Made by a program: the position numbers and the translations under genes. Shown piece after piece: positions 28,138 through 36,222 of a stretch of 44,471 bases of DNA. The stretch covers positions 1 to 44,471 of the forward strand of contig DAIPHL010000001.1 in NCBI GenBank assembly GCA_036771375.1, read 5' to 3'. Under the pieces are notes generated by a model. The model worked only from the letters and a program-made list of their open reading frames with translations. It was not told where the DNA came from and made no database searches. This DNA comes from Synergistaceae bacterium (GTDB lineage: Bacteria; Synergistota; Synergistia; Synergistales; Synergistaceae). Numbering within the stretch: the stretch's first letter is position 1; each line of letters opens with the position of its first letter.

Positions 28138-28458
28138 TTGCAACGACGACGGACAATACCGAAGGGAAGAATCATCAAGTACGGTGGCATGATGATTGGA
28201 GAGGCCTTCACAAAGAGATGGTTTTCCGGAGCAATGGTTCGAAATTTTCTCCGTGGACGCTCTAGAAGTTATGAGAATGAATTGATGGACACGAGTGACG
28301 ATATAATCAACGAGATGATCTCGCGGTCTACACAAATCGGTACGGATTCAGTGGTTAGAGCGAAGACGAACTACGAGATTTCGGAATACACGAGTTCGAT
28401 ACCGATGATAGCGATTTCAGGAGAGCGCAGTCAAACATCAAATAAGCATCCGGCGTAA
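28138..28458 (+). CDS. hypothetical protein, 106 aa (uncertain)
   Basis: TTG start preceded by AGGGAGG with 7-nt spacing. No similarity recognised. A competing 80-aa ORF lies on the other strand. Confidence 0.3.
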   Translation: MQRRRTIPKGRIIKYGGMMIGEAFTKRWFSGAMVRNFLRGRSRSYENELMDTSDDIINEMISRSTQIGTDSVVRAKTNYEISEYTSSIPMIAISGERSQTSNKHPA

Positions 28459-28518
28459 AAGACGCATCTTCTCCTTACAACTCGGCTAGGGAAGGAAAGA
28501 TCGTCACAATACGACAGC

Positions 28519-28621
28519 GCCGACGGAGAAAAGTGACAATCGTCGTTCCCATGTTTCCGCCACCAACTGCCGTACATTTCAATCACGTTTCAATCTTGCC
28601 GACGGGCGACGGACAATCGTC
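28519..28621 (+). repeat. short direct-repeat array in a convergent spacer
   Basis: GCCGACGG-N8-GACAATCGTC (28519-28544) and GCCGACGG-N6-GACAATCGTC (28598-28621) bracket a tandem TTTCAATC-N3-TTTCAATC (28577-28595). Confidence 0.6.
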
Positions 28622-28652
28622 CCCCCTCTTTGCAGCATCGCAAAGAGGGGGG
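28621..28652 (-). terminator. perfect 13-bp hairpin downstream of the nhaC-family gene (terminator-like, no clear U tract)
   Basis: CCCCCCTCTTTGC-agcatc-GCAAAGAGGGGGG, 22 nt past the stop at 28674. Confidence 0.45.
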
Positions 28653-28673
28653 GACGTGACGCAAGAGAGTGCG

Positions 28674-30209
28674 TTAACTTGCCGGCTGATTTTTCGCGAC
28701 CACCGGTTCGCCATCCTTTCCACGCCACGCGATTCCGATGCCCAGATAGGTCATGACGATGGAGACGATGGGGTTGATATAGTTCAAAAACGCGTACGGA
28801 AGATACTCGATCGTCGCAACGCCGAGGGTCTTGCTCTGGTACGCGCCGCACGTCGACCATGGGACCAGGGGAGACGTGAGGGTACCGCTGTCCTCGAGCA
28901 CTCTGGAGAGCATCCTGGGGTGCAGTCCTCTCTGCTCGAAGGCGTTTTTGAACATACGCCCGGGAAGGACGATGCCGACATATTGGTCGGCCGAAAAGAC
29001 ATTGGTGAAAACGCAGGCGACAGAGACGGCAAAGACATAGCCTCCCGCGGTCCTGACCTTTCTCATGATCACGCCGAGTATGACCTCCAGGAAGCCGCAC
29101 TTGTCCAGTATCCCGCCGAACACCAACGCGCAGAGAACCAGCGAGTTGGACCACGTCAAAGACTGCAAGCCGCCCCTGCTGAACAGTCCGTTGAGGACAT
29201 CGGCCGCCTCCCTGACGGACTCGACCGACAATTGAGCAAGACCTTTTTCGGCCAGCAGGACGTTCAGGGCAGATACATCTTCACCCAGCTCGACGATCTT
29301 CGCCGTCAGAACCGGCGTGTACCCGTTCTGCAACACATCCAGCATCTCCCCGAATCCGACGCCCCGTATCATCCCAAGGGCGAACCCGGCGAGCACTCCG
29401 GCGATCATGCTCGGCAAGGCGGGCTTCCGGCAGACGGCGAGCCCGATGACGAGGATCGGCGGCAGAATGGCGATCGGCGAGATGACGAATTCGGTGGCCA
29501 TCAGTTTCTGAATGGCCTGGATCCTGTTGACGTCCAGCTCGCCGGAGGAATACCCGAGGCCCATAACGGCTCCGATGACCAACACGATCACGTAGGAGGG
29601 GATGGTCGTCCAGCACATGGCCCTGATATGCTGGAATATATCGGTGCCGGCCATGGCCGGAGCGAGATTCGTGGTATCCGACAGAGGAGACATCTTGTCT
29701 CCGAAATACGCCCCGGAGAGGATGAAACCGGCCGTGATCGGCGCCGGTACGCCGAGTCCGGCGGATATGCCCATCAACGCGATGCCGATGGTTCCCACCG
29801 TTCCCCACGAAGAACCGGTGGCGAGGGAGACGATGCTGCTTATCAATATGGTGGCGACAAAGAATACGGACGGACTCAGCAGATTCAAGCCGTAGTAGAC
29901 CATCGAGGGGACGACTCCGCTTATGATCCAACACCCCACCAGCATCCCGACGGTAAAGAGGATCAGTATGGCGACCATTCCCATCATGATCGACGCGACG
30001 ATGCCCTCTTCGATCACCGTCCAGGAATATTTCAGGACGAACAGGGAGACGACCGCGGCGACGACGGCCGAAAGGGTCAAGGCGATGTGCACATCCGTTC
30101 CCCAGATGAGCACGCTTCCACCGATCAGAAACGCGGAACATAGAATGACGGCGACCGCTTCGAAGAGTGTGGGAGGACGTCCCATTGTCTTTTCTGCCAC
30201 GTTGTTCAT
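28674..30209 (-). CDS. NhaC-family Na+/H+ antiporter-like transporter
   Basis: 511 aa and polytopic. SLATGSSWGTVGTIGIALMGI and SGAYFGDKMSPLSDTTNLAPA are typical of the NhaC family. GGAGGTG lies 7 nt upstream of the ATG. Confidence 0.85.
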   Translation of the reverse strand: MNNVAEKTMGRPPTLFEAVAVILCSAFLIGGSVLIWGTDVHIALTLSAVVAAVVSLFVLKYSWTVIEEGIVASIMMGMVAILILFTVGMLVGCWIISGVVPSMVYYGLNLLSPSVFFVATILISSIVSLATGSSWGTVGTIGIALMGISAGLGVPAPITAGFILSGAYFGDKMSPLSDTTNLAPAMAGTDIFQHIRAMCWTTIPSYVIVLVIGAVMGLGYSSGELDVNRIQAIQKLMATEFVISPIAILPPILVIGLAVCRKPALPSMIAGVLAGFALGMIRGVGFGEMLDVLQNGYTPVLTAKIVELGEDVSALNVLLAEKGLAQLSVESVREAADVLNGLFSRGGLQSLTWSNSLVLCALVFGGILDKCGFLEVILGVIMRKVRTAGGYVFAVSVACVFTNVFSADQYVGIVLPGRMFKNAFEQRGLHPRMLSRVLEDSGTLTSPLVPWSTCGAYQSKTLGVATIEYLPYAFLNYINPIVSIVMTYLGIGIAWRGKDGEPVVAKNQPAS

Positions 30210-30378
30210 TCAATCACACCTCCAAATCAATCGAACGGGTCTCGAATACAATGAAAACCACGCCCTGTTCCGAATCGAAATGACATTCGGAGCAATCGTT
30301 TTACCGTTTACATTTTTATCGTTCGTTCTACGCGAAAAGGAGATCCTGGAAACAATCGAAATTACAGGGTATTCAATT

Positions 30379-30424
30379 AAAAAAGGCGTGTCGCGGCTTC
30401 CCCGGAAGAATGAAGCCGCGACAC
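30379..30424 (-). terminator. rho-independent terminator after the saccharopine-dehydrogenase-family gene
   Basis: 13-bp perfect stem GTGTCGCGGCTTC/GAAGCCGCGACAC with an 11-nt loop. It is followed on the minus strand, after GCC, by a U6 run. Confidence 0.75.
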
Positions 30425-30430
30425 AAAACA

Positions 30431-31594
30431 CTATAGCTCCTTTGTGGACTGCGTGACGATGACGTTACGCTTTTTGAGCTCCGAGAGCAGGAACTCGACG
30501 GCCTTTGGGTTGTTGCCCACGAACTCGGGAGGATTGACCCCCACGTCTTTCAGGATCCCCTCGGCGATCATCCTGCCGACGATGACACACGTGAATCCCG
30601 TCGTCCTGGACATGGACGGATAGCCTGTCTTCATGTCCTTCTCGTCGTACAGGCTGAAGGTATGCTGGACTTTTTTGCCGCCCTTGCGGCCGGTCACCTC
30701 GATGTGGAAGAAGGTGAAGTCCTTCTCGTCCTCGCGCAGCTTCATCATCGGGTAGGCGAAGTGCCCGAAGACGTCGCGGGGCGAGACGGTCACGCCCTTG
30801 ACCTTGACGGGCGTGTTGTCGAACAGCCCGATGGAGCGCAGAAACTCCAGATCGCGGGCGGTACCCGGGTAGCGAAGCGTGTATTCGATCACGTTCGGGG
30901 AGGGAATCGTCTCCAGCAATGTACGGCATCCGTCCGTGAAAAAGCCCTCCATCTTCGGCAGTTTGACGCCCGGAACGTCAAAATCGAAGACCTCACAGTT
31001 CGAAAGAGCCGGAACCGTCTCGATCTTGCCGTTTTTCTTGAAACGGGCGGGGCGCACATATTCTTCGATCACGTCGTCCGCGCTGAAGACGACCTTGTAG
31101 TTAAACGGGGGCTCCGGTTCGATGGGCAAGCCTCCCACGTAATAGATGGCCTTCTCCACCTCGTCCATGCACTTACAGGCGTAATTGATCAGGATGCTGC
31201 TCGCACCCGGGGCGACGCCCGCATCTTCGTACGCGACGACCCCTTTTTTCTTGGCTTTCTCGTCCCAACCGCGGAAGTCTTCGGGCATGAAAGAGATGTC
31301 CGATATGTTCACGCCGGCCTCGATCACGGCTCCCAGCATGTTATAGCCCAAAAAGCCGGGAACGGCGCCGATGCAAAGGTCGAACCCCTTTACGGCATCG
31401 GTGATGGCGGCGGCAGAGGCAAAATCAACGTCGGAGCGGACCGTGACCCGGTTTTGCGACTTCTTCCTGGTCGCTTCGAGAGACGCCACGTTCGAATCGC
31501 AGACCGTCACCTCATACGCATCGTCGGCCGCCATATCAAGTGCCATTACCGAACCGACCAGTCCATTGCCCAAAACAATGACCTTCTTTTTCAT
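30431..31594 (-). CDS. saccharopine dehydrogenase family NAD(P)-binding protein
   Basis: 387 aa. N-terminal Rossmann motif KKVIVLGNGLVGSV and the overall length and layout of the Sacchrp_dh N and C domains. Confidence 0.7.
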   Translation of the reverse strand: MKKKVIVLGNGLVGSVMALDMAADDAYEVTVCDSNVASLEATRKKSQNRVTVRSDVDFASAAAITDAVKGFDLCIGAVPGFLGYNMLGAVIEAGVNISDISFMPEDFRGWDEKAKKKGVVAYEDAGVAPGASSILINYACKCMDEVEKAIYYVGGLPIEPEPPFNYKVVFSADDVIEEYVRPARFKKNGKIETVPALSNCEVFDFDVPGVKLPKMEGFFTDGCRTLLETIPSPNVIEYTLRYPGTARDLEFLRSIGLFDNTPVKVKGVTVSPRDVFGHFAYPMMKLREDEKDFTFFHIEVTGRKGGKKVQHTFSLYDEKDMKTGYPSMSRTTGFTCVIVGRMIAEGILKDVGVNPPEFVGNNPKAVEFLLSELKKRNVIVTQSTKEL

Positions 31595-31901
31595 GCGAAA
31601 CCCTCCTCGTCTGTGATTGTTGTGTAAAATGGTTGTGTTGTATGATTGTGTTATTTATGCTAGCATCAGACATATCGTCTTTATATAGGTTTTTTTCCCT
31701 TTGCATCGATAAAAAAAGAAAATCATTCAGGATAACATACGATTCAACAGAATATTTTCGTTTCAAGGTCATGATTGTTTGAAAAGCGTATTCGCGTGGA
31801 CCGCGCTCCTCTGTTCTGATAAGATAATGCCGATTCGATGTCGGAGTTCACTGTCGGGGATGTGCGCATGAACAGGATGGATAGGACGGAGGTGTTCCTG
31901 T

Positions 31902-32366
31902 ATGAGGCAGTTACCGAAGATGACCGTGGACGAGATCGATTTCAAGATCGTGAACGCCCTGAAGGACAACGCCAGAATGTCGTACAAGAAGCTGGGGGAG
32001 CAGGTTGCCCTGTCGACGCCGGCGGTCTACGAAAGGACGAAACGGCTCGAGGAAAAGGGCGCCATTCTCGAATACAGGACCGAGATCGACTACTCCAAAT
32101 TCGGCTACGGCATACACGCTTTCATTCTGTTGAAGGAAGACAACGTCTTTCGCAAGGCTCCGGAGTTTTTGACACAGCTCGAGTGCGTCAAAAACTGCTG
32201 GATCGTATCCGGAGAGTACGATTACATGATCGAAGTACATATAGAAAACAACAAGGAGCTGGACGCCATGATCGACGAGCTGTACCTCAAGATCGGAAGA
32301 ACCTATACCCTGCTCGTCGTGCGAAACTCCAGATACGCCCTGTACCCCGACGGCGTCTCGCCCTAA
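31902..32366 (+). CDS. Lrp/AsnC family transcriptional regulator
   Basis: 154 aa. HTH (DEIDFKIVNALKDNARMSYKKLGEQVALSTPAVYERTKRLEEKGAI) plus a RAM/ACT-like C-terminal domain. GGAGGTG lies 7 nt upstream. Confidence 0.9.
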   Translation: MRQLPKMTVDEIDFKIVNALKDNARMSYKKLGEQVALSTPAVYERTKRLEEKGAILEYRTEIDYSKFGYGIHAFILLKEDNVFRKAPEFLTQLECVKNCWIVSGEYDYMIEVHIENNKELDAMIDELYLKIGRTYTLLVVRNSRYALYPDGVSP

Positions 32367-32428
32367 ACGATCCCGAGCAGGGCAGGCATCCTCTTCCAGC
32401 TCCCCGTCGTTTTCATCTCACATCGTGC

Positions 32429-33691
32429 TCATTCGCTCTTTTCGTCCGTCCCCTCGGCAACCCTCTCCATCCAGCCATCGCCATCGACAATTCTCGTGAC
32501 CATCATCGCGGCCACGGTGTCGCCGGTCGCGTTCACCATCGTCGCCGGAGGATCGACCAGAAAACCGATCATGGCGACGATCGGAAACGCGGCGGGCGGG
32601 AATCCGTAGAGGCTGACGATCAGCATCTCGCCGATCAGCCCTCCCCCGGGGACCCCGGACATGACCACGCCCCCGAGAACGGAGACGAGAACGGCCGAGA
32701 CGTAGGTTCCAAGGCCCGTGAACGGATGGCCGAAGACGCCGAAGAGAAACGCGATCTTGAAGATCGACGAAAGACACGTGCCGTCCATGTGCATGGTGGC
32801 CCCGATGGGGAGGACGATCTCCCGAATGTCCTTGGGAACGCCGATCCTCTTCGCCGCGGCCAGGTTGGTCGGAAGGGTCGCGATGCTGCTCTGGGTGGCG
32901 AGCGCCGTGATGCAGGGCGTGATGATCTCCCTGAAATACGTCCTGACACCCCGCATGGCCCCGGCATAGTAGGCGTAGAAGAAGAACGCGATGAAGAAGT
33001 AGACGAAACAGACGGGATAGTACACCACGAGCGCGTCGATATAGGAGCTCAGAAGCTGCGGCCCGAACTCGCCGATCAGGGCGGCGAAATACGCGCCAAG
33101 GCCGATTGGGGCATAATACATGATGTAGTGCACCATCTTGAGAAAGATCTCGCCGAGAAGCTGGAGACCGTCCGACACCGGCTTCACTCTTCCACCGAGG
33201 CACGCCGTCGTAAATCCGAAGAAGACGGAGAAAACGATGAGCGGCAACATGTTGCGGCGCGAGAGGATGTTCGGGAAATCGCTCACCGTGATCGCCTTCA
33301 CGATCTGTTCTCCCGTTCTGAAGGTCTCGAGTTCGACTTTTTCGGACGTCCCGAGAGAGGCGCCGACCCCCGGCGGGCTTATCTTGACCACGGCCAGCAT
33401 GACAACGGAAGCGACGATTCCCGTCACCGCGAAGACGAGCAGCATATGTCCCAATATTTTACCCAGGCGTTTCAAATCGACCATCGCGGCGATCGAGCCG
33501 GAGATCGTGAAGAAAACAAGCGGGGTGACGATCGTGAACATGAGGTTGATGAAGATATCGCCCAGCGGCTTGAAGACAGCGGCTCTCTCCCCCATCGCCA
33601 ACCCGAGGATGCTGCCGACGACGATACTCGTAAAGAGGATGAGCGGGAAACGATAGGCACTCCACAGAGAATTTCTCACAGAACTGTTCAT
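32429..33691 (-). CDS. dicarboxylate/amino acid:cation symporter (DAACS family)
   Basis: ORF trimmed to ATG 33691 after GAAGGAGG. Motifs GATMHMDGTCLSS and VDPPATMVNATGDTVAAMMV are typical of GltP/SstT-type carriers. Confidence 0.85.
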   Translation of the reverse strand: MNSSVRNSLWSAYRFPLILFTSIVVGSILGLAMGERAAVFKPLGDIFINLMFTIVTPLVFFTISGSIAAMVDLKRLGKILGHMLLVFAVTGIVASVVMLAVVKISPPGVGASLGTSEKVELETFRTGEQIVKAITVSDFPNILSRRNMLPLIVFSVFFGFTTACLGGRVKPVSDGLQLLGEIFLKMVHYIMYYAPIGLGAYFAALIGEFGPQLLSSYIDALVVYYPVCFVYFFIAFFFYAYYAGAMRGVRTYFREIITPCITALATQSSIATLPTNLAAAKRIGVPKDIREIVLPIGATMHMDGTCLSSIFKIAFLFGVFGHPFTGLGTYVSAVLVSVLGGVVMSGVPGGGLIGEMLIVSLYGFPPAAFPIVAMIGFLVDPPATMVNATGDTVAAMMVTRIVDGDGWMERVAEGTDEKSE

Positions 33692-33751
33692 ATGATCGCC
33701 TCCTTCAAACGACGAACAAAAAACACTCCGAAACTTCACACGGCAAAGACC

Positions 33752-35020
33752 TCAGAGATGACAGGCATACATCTCCTCGTACGTCTGGCGCCTCACCGAC
33801 AGGCGGGGCGTTCCGCCCTCGATCATCACGACCGCCGGGATCGGGTTTTTGTTGTAGTTGCTCGCCATGGAGTGATTGTACGCACCGGTGGAGAAGATCA
33901 CGAGCACGTCGCCGCGCCGCACTTCGGGCAATACAATGTCGCGTATCAGAACGTCTCCGGACTCGCAACACTTTCCGACGACGGTCACCGGTCCGGCGGA
34001 GGCGCCATCCGATCGATTCGCGAGGATCGCACGGTACTCGGCTCCGTAGAGGGCGGGCCTTGGATTGTCCGAAAATCCGCCGTCGACGCCGACATACGTC
34101 GTGACACCCGGCACTTTCTTCACGCTGCCGACGGTGTAGAGGGTGATCCCCGCCTCCCCTACGATGAACCGCCCCGGTTCGATCACGAGGTCCGGCCTTC
34201 TCCTTCCGAGCTTTCTGAAGAACGCATCGACCCTCTCGACCATGGGGGTTATAAAACCGTCGATCGGCGTGGGACGATCGCGCTCCGCGTAGGGAATCCC
34301 GAACCCTCCCCCCATGTCGAGGACCTCGGTTCGAAAGCCCGTCTTTTCCTCGATTCGCGCGATCAAGGCGAGAACGACGTCGAGCGCGAGAAGATGAGAG
34401 GTGTTCTCGAGCAGCTGCGAACCGACGTGAAAGTGAAAGCCTCGGAGACGGATGTTCGGCCATCCCATGCACAGGGTCACGGCTTCCTCGACCTGATCGA
34501 CCGGGACCCCGAACTTGGAGTCGACGCCTCCGGTGGCGACGTATCTGTGGGTATGGCTGTCGACACCCGGCGTCACCCTGATCAGGATATCGGCGCAACG
34601 CCCGCTTCCGGACGCCAGCGTGTCGATGAAGGCGATCTCCTCCACGCTGTCGCAGACGAATTTCCCGACGCCGTAGTCAAGCCCGGCACGGACTTCGCAG
34701 CCTGTCTTGCTGTTCCCGTGAAAGGCGATCTGTCCAGGGGGAAAGGTCATCTCGCGAGCCAGATGGAGTTCGCCGCCGGAGACGACGTCAAGGCCCAATC
34801 CATGCCGCATCAGAATCCGAAGCATCTCTTTGGAGAGAAAGGACTTCGCCGCGAAATACGTCCGACAGCCTTCGTAGCGCTCGTCGAAACAGCCTTTTAC
34901 CTCTTCGATTCTGTCGGTGATCATCTCCTCCGACATCACGTAAAGCGGGGTCCCGTACTTCCTGGCCAACGCCACGACATCACAGCCGCAAAACCTGAAA
35001 TTCCCGCCATCGCCCGACAT
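33752..35020 (-). CDS. lysA: diaminopimelate decarboxylase (fold-type III PLP decarboxylase)
   Basis: ORF 33752-35347 trimmed to ATG 35020 (GAGAGGTGA upstream). PLP-Lys context YFAAKSF, HFHVGSQ, GGGFGIPY, CESGD and TGAYNHSMASNYN. Confidence 0.85.
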   Translation of the reverse strand: MSGDGGNFRFCGCDVVALARKYGTPLYVMSEEMITDRIEEVKGCFDERYEGCRTYFAAKSFLSKEMLRILMRHGLGLDVVSGGELHLAREMTFPPGQIAFHGNSKTGCEVRAGLDYGVGKFVCDSVEEIAFIDTLASGSGRCADILIRVTPGVDSHTHRYVATGGVDSKFGVPVDQVEEAVTLCMGWPNIRLRGFHFHVGSQLLENTSHLLALDVVLALIARIEEKTGFRTEVLDMGGGFGIPYAERDRPTPIDGFITPMVERVDAFFRKLGRRRPDLVIEPGRFIVGEAGITLYTVGSVKKVPGVTTYVGVDGGFSDNPRPALYGAEYRAILANRSDGASAGPVTVVGKCCESGDVLIRDIVLPEVRRGDVLVIFSTGAYNHSMASNYNKNPIPAVVMIEGGTPRLSVRRQTYEEMYACHL

Positions 35021-35090
35021 CGAACAATCACCTCTCGGGAAGACATTTCGATCGTCCGTTGTCGCATCAGGATAGCACAGGAAGGCGGAT

Positions 35091-35119
35091 TTGCAAGTAT
35101 GGCGCCCGACCAATATAAT
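35091..35119 (+). promoter_or_regulatory. candidate sigma-70 promoter for the Sir2 gene
   Basis: TTGCAA (35091-35096), 17 nt, TATAAT (35114-35119), about 35 nt upstream of the ATG. Confidence 0.45.
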
Positions 35120-35152
35120 AGGACAAGCAAATAAAACCGGGGGGTGATATTC

Positions 35153-35887
35153 ATGAAAACCGACATCGAGACGATCGCAGCTCGTATGCGAAAAGACGGA
35201 AGTTACACGGTCGTGTTCACGGGAGCCGGCATGAGCACCGATTCGGGGCTTCCCGACTTCCGTTCGAAGGGCGGAGTATGGTCGAACGTGGATCCGATGG
35301 AACTTGCGACGACATCCGCGATACACAATCATTACGACCGATTTCACGAGTTTTATTCATTTCGCTTCGAACAGATGAGAGCGGCCCGTCCCAACAGAGG
35401 CCATGAGATCCTGGCGGACTGGGAGGCGAAGGGGCTGTTGAAGTGCATCATCACGCAGAACATAGACGGCCTCCACGCGGCGGCCGGCTCCAGGCAAATT
35501 TACGAGCTGCACGGCTCCGTGGGAAAGGTCCGCTGCGCCGACTGCTCGACGCCCTCCACCCAGGAAGCCTTCATCGCAAAAACCCCCTGCGAAAGGTGTG
35601 GGGGCAAACTACGCCCCGGCGTGGTGCTCTTCGGCGAAGGGCTGCCCGAGGACGTGCTCGAGTCCTCCTGGGACGCAGCCGAACGAGCGGACGTCTTCAT
35701 CGTCCTCGGCTCCTCCCTGCAGGTCTCGCCCGCCAATCAGTTGCCGGCCGTCGCCCGTCGCCGGAGCGCGCTCCTCGCCATATGCAACCGCGACATCACG
35801 CCCCTGGACCAGATGGCCGATTACAGAACCAACTGCGGCATCGTGGATTTCCTGGAGGAACTGGACTCCGCGCTGAAGGCGACGTAG
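35153..35887 (+). CDS. cobB: NAD-dependent protein deacylase (Sir2/CobB family)
   Basis: VVFTGAGMSTDSGLPDFRS, QNIDGLH, zinc ribbon CADC...CERCGG and VLGSSLQV. ATG 35153 follows GGGGGGTGA. The ORF track starts at GTG 35144. Confidence 0.9.
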   Translation: MKTDIETIAARMRKDGSYTVVFTGAGMSTDSGLPDFRSKGGVWSNVDPMELATTSAIHNHYDRFHEFYSFRFEQMRAARPNRGHEILADWEAKGLLKCIITQNIDGLHAAAGSRQIYELHGSVGKVRCADCSTPSTQEAFIAKTPCERCGGKLRPGVVLFGEGLPEDVLESSWDAAERADVFIVLGSSLQVSPANQLPAVARRRSALLAICNRDITPLDQMADYRTNCGIVDFLEELDSALKAT

Positions 35888-36171
35888 CCGATTCCCTCTC
35901 GATCGCTTCCCCTGCATGCCATAATTTTTCAAACGGCTCTACGGATTGCGGGGTGAACAGACGACGGAGCGCGGATCGACAGGTCGAACGGAACGACCGA
36001 TTCTTCAAATACTTTTTTCGGACGGGTCGAGCACCGACACCTGCCGCCGGACTTCGTCGACGACGTATCGGACGTCGAGATGCGCCAGAAGGAGGCCGGG
36101 GGAAAGACGGGACGCCGAAGCGGTCTTTGTTTTGCACAACTCAGCGTACATGATCGTCTCCCCTTTGCAGG

Positions 36172-36195
36172 GAAAAGCCCCCGACGGGCTTTCGC
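36172..36195 (-). terminator. weak terminator-like hairpin after hcp
   Basis: AAAGCCC-5 nt-GGGCTTT, 30 nt past the hcp stop. The U tract is limited to UUUU. Confidence 0.3.
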
Positions 36196-36222
36196 CGGCG
36201 TCGGAGGCTCTTCCGTCAAAGA

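Noticed and set aside
28093-28335. 80-aa minus-strand ORF overlapping the 106-aa plus-strand ORF.
   Set aside because: It has no ribosome-binding site and an odd composition. The plus-strand ORF at least has AGGGAGG at correct spacing, so only that one is listed, at low confidence.
35021-35152. Possible lysine riboswitch upstream of lysA.
   Set aside because: Only about 130 nt are available, shared with the divergent Sir2 promoter. That is too short for an L-box, and none of its conserved core segments were recognisable.
33752-35347. Long N-terminal extensions in several ORF-track calls (lysA 531 aa, EamA 372 aa, fruK frame 476 aa, hcp 541 aa, proC 294 aa, rpsU 97 aa, sdaA 540 aa).
   Set aside because: In each case an internal ATG preceded by a good Shine-Dalgarno sequence gives the family-typical N-terminus. 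The extension has non-protein-like sequence or overlaps the neighbouring gene or promoter region.
36005-36151. 48-aa minus-strand ORF (MYAELCKTKTASASRL...) with GGGGAG 6 nt upstream, in the 335-nt convergent spacer between Sir2 and hcp.
   Set aside because: It lies downstream of the hcp terminator-like hairpin with no promoter seen. The sequence is not recognisable, and GC-rich DNA yields many such ORFs. It is recorded only because the spacer is otherwise unassigned.
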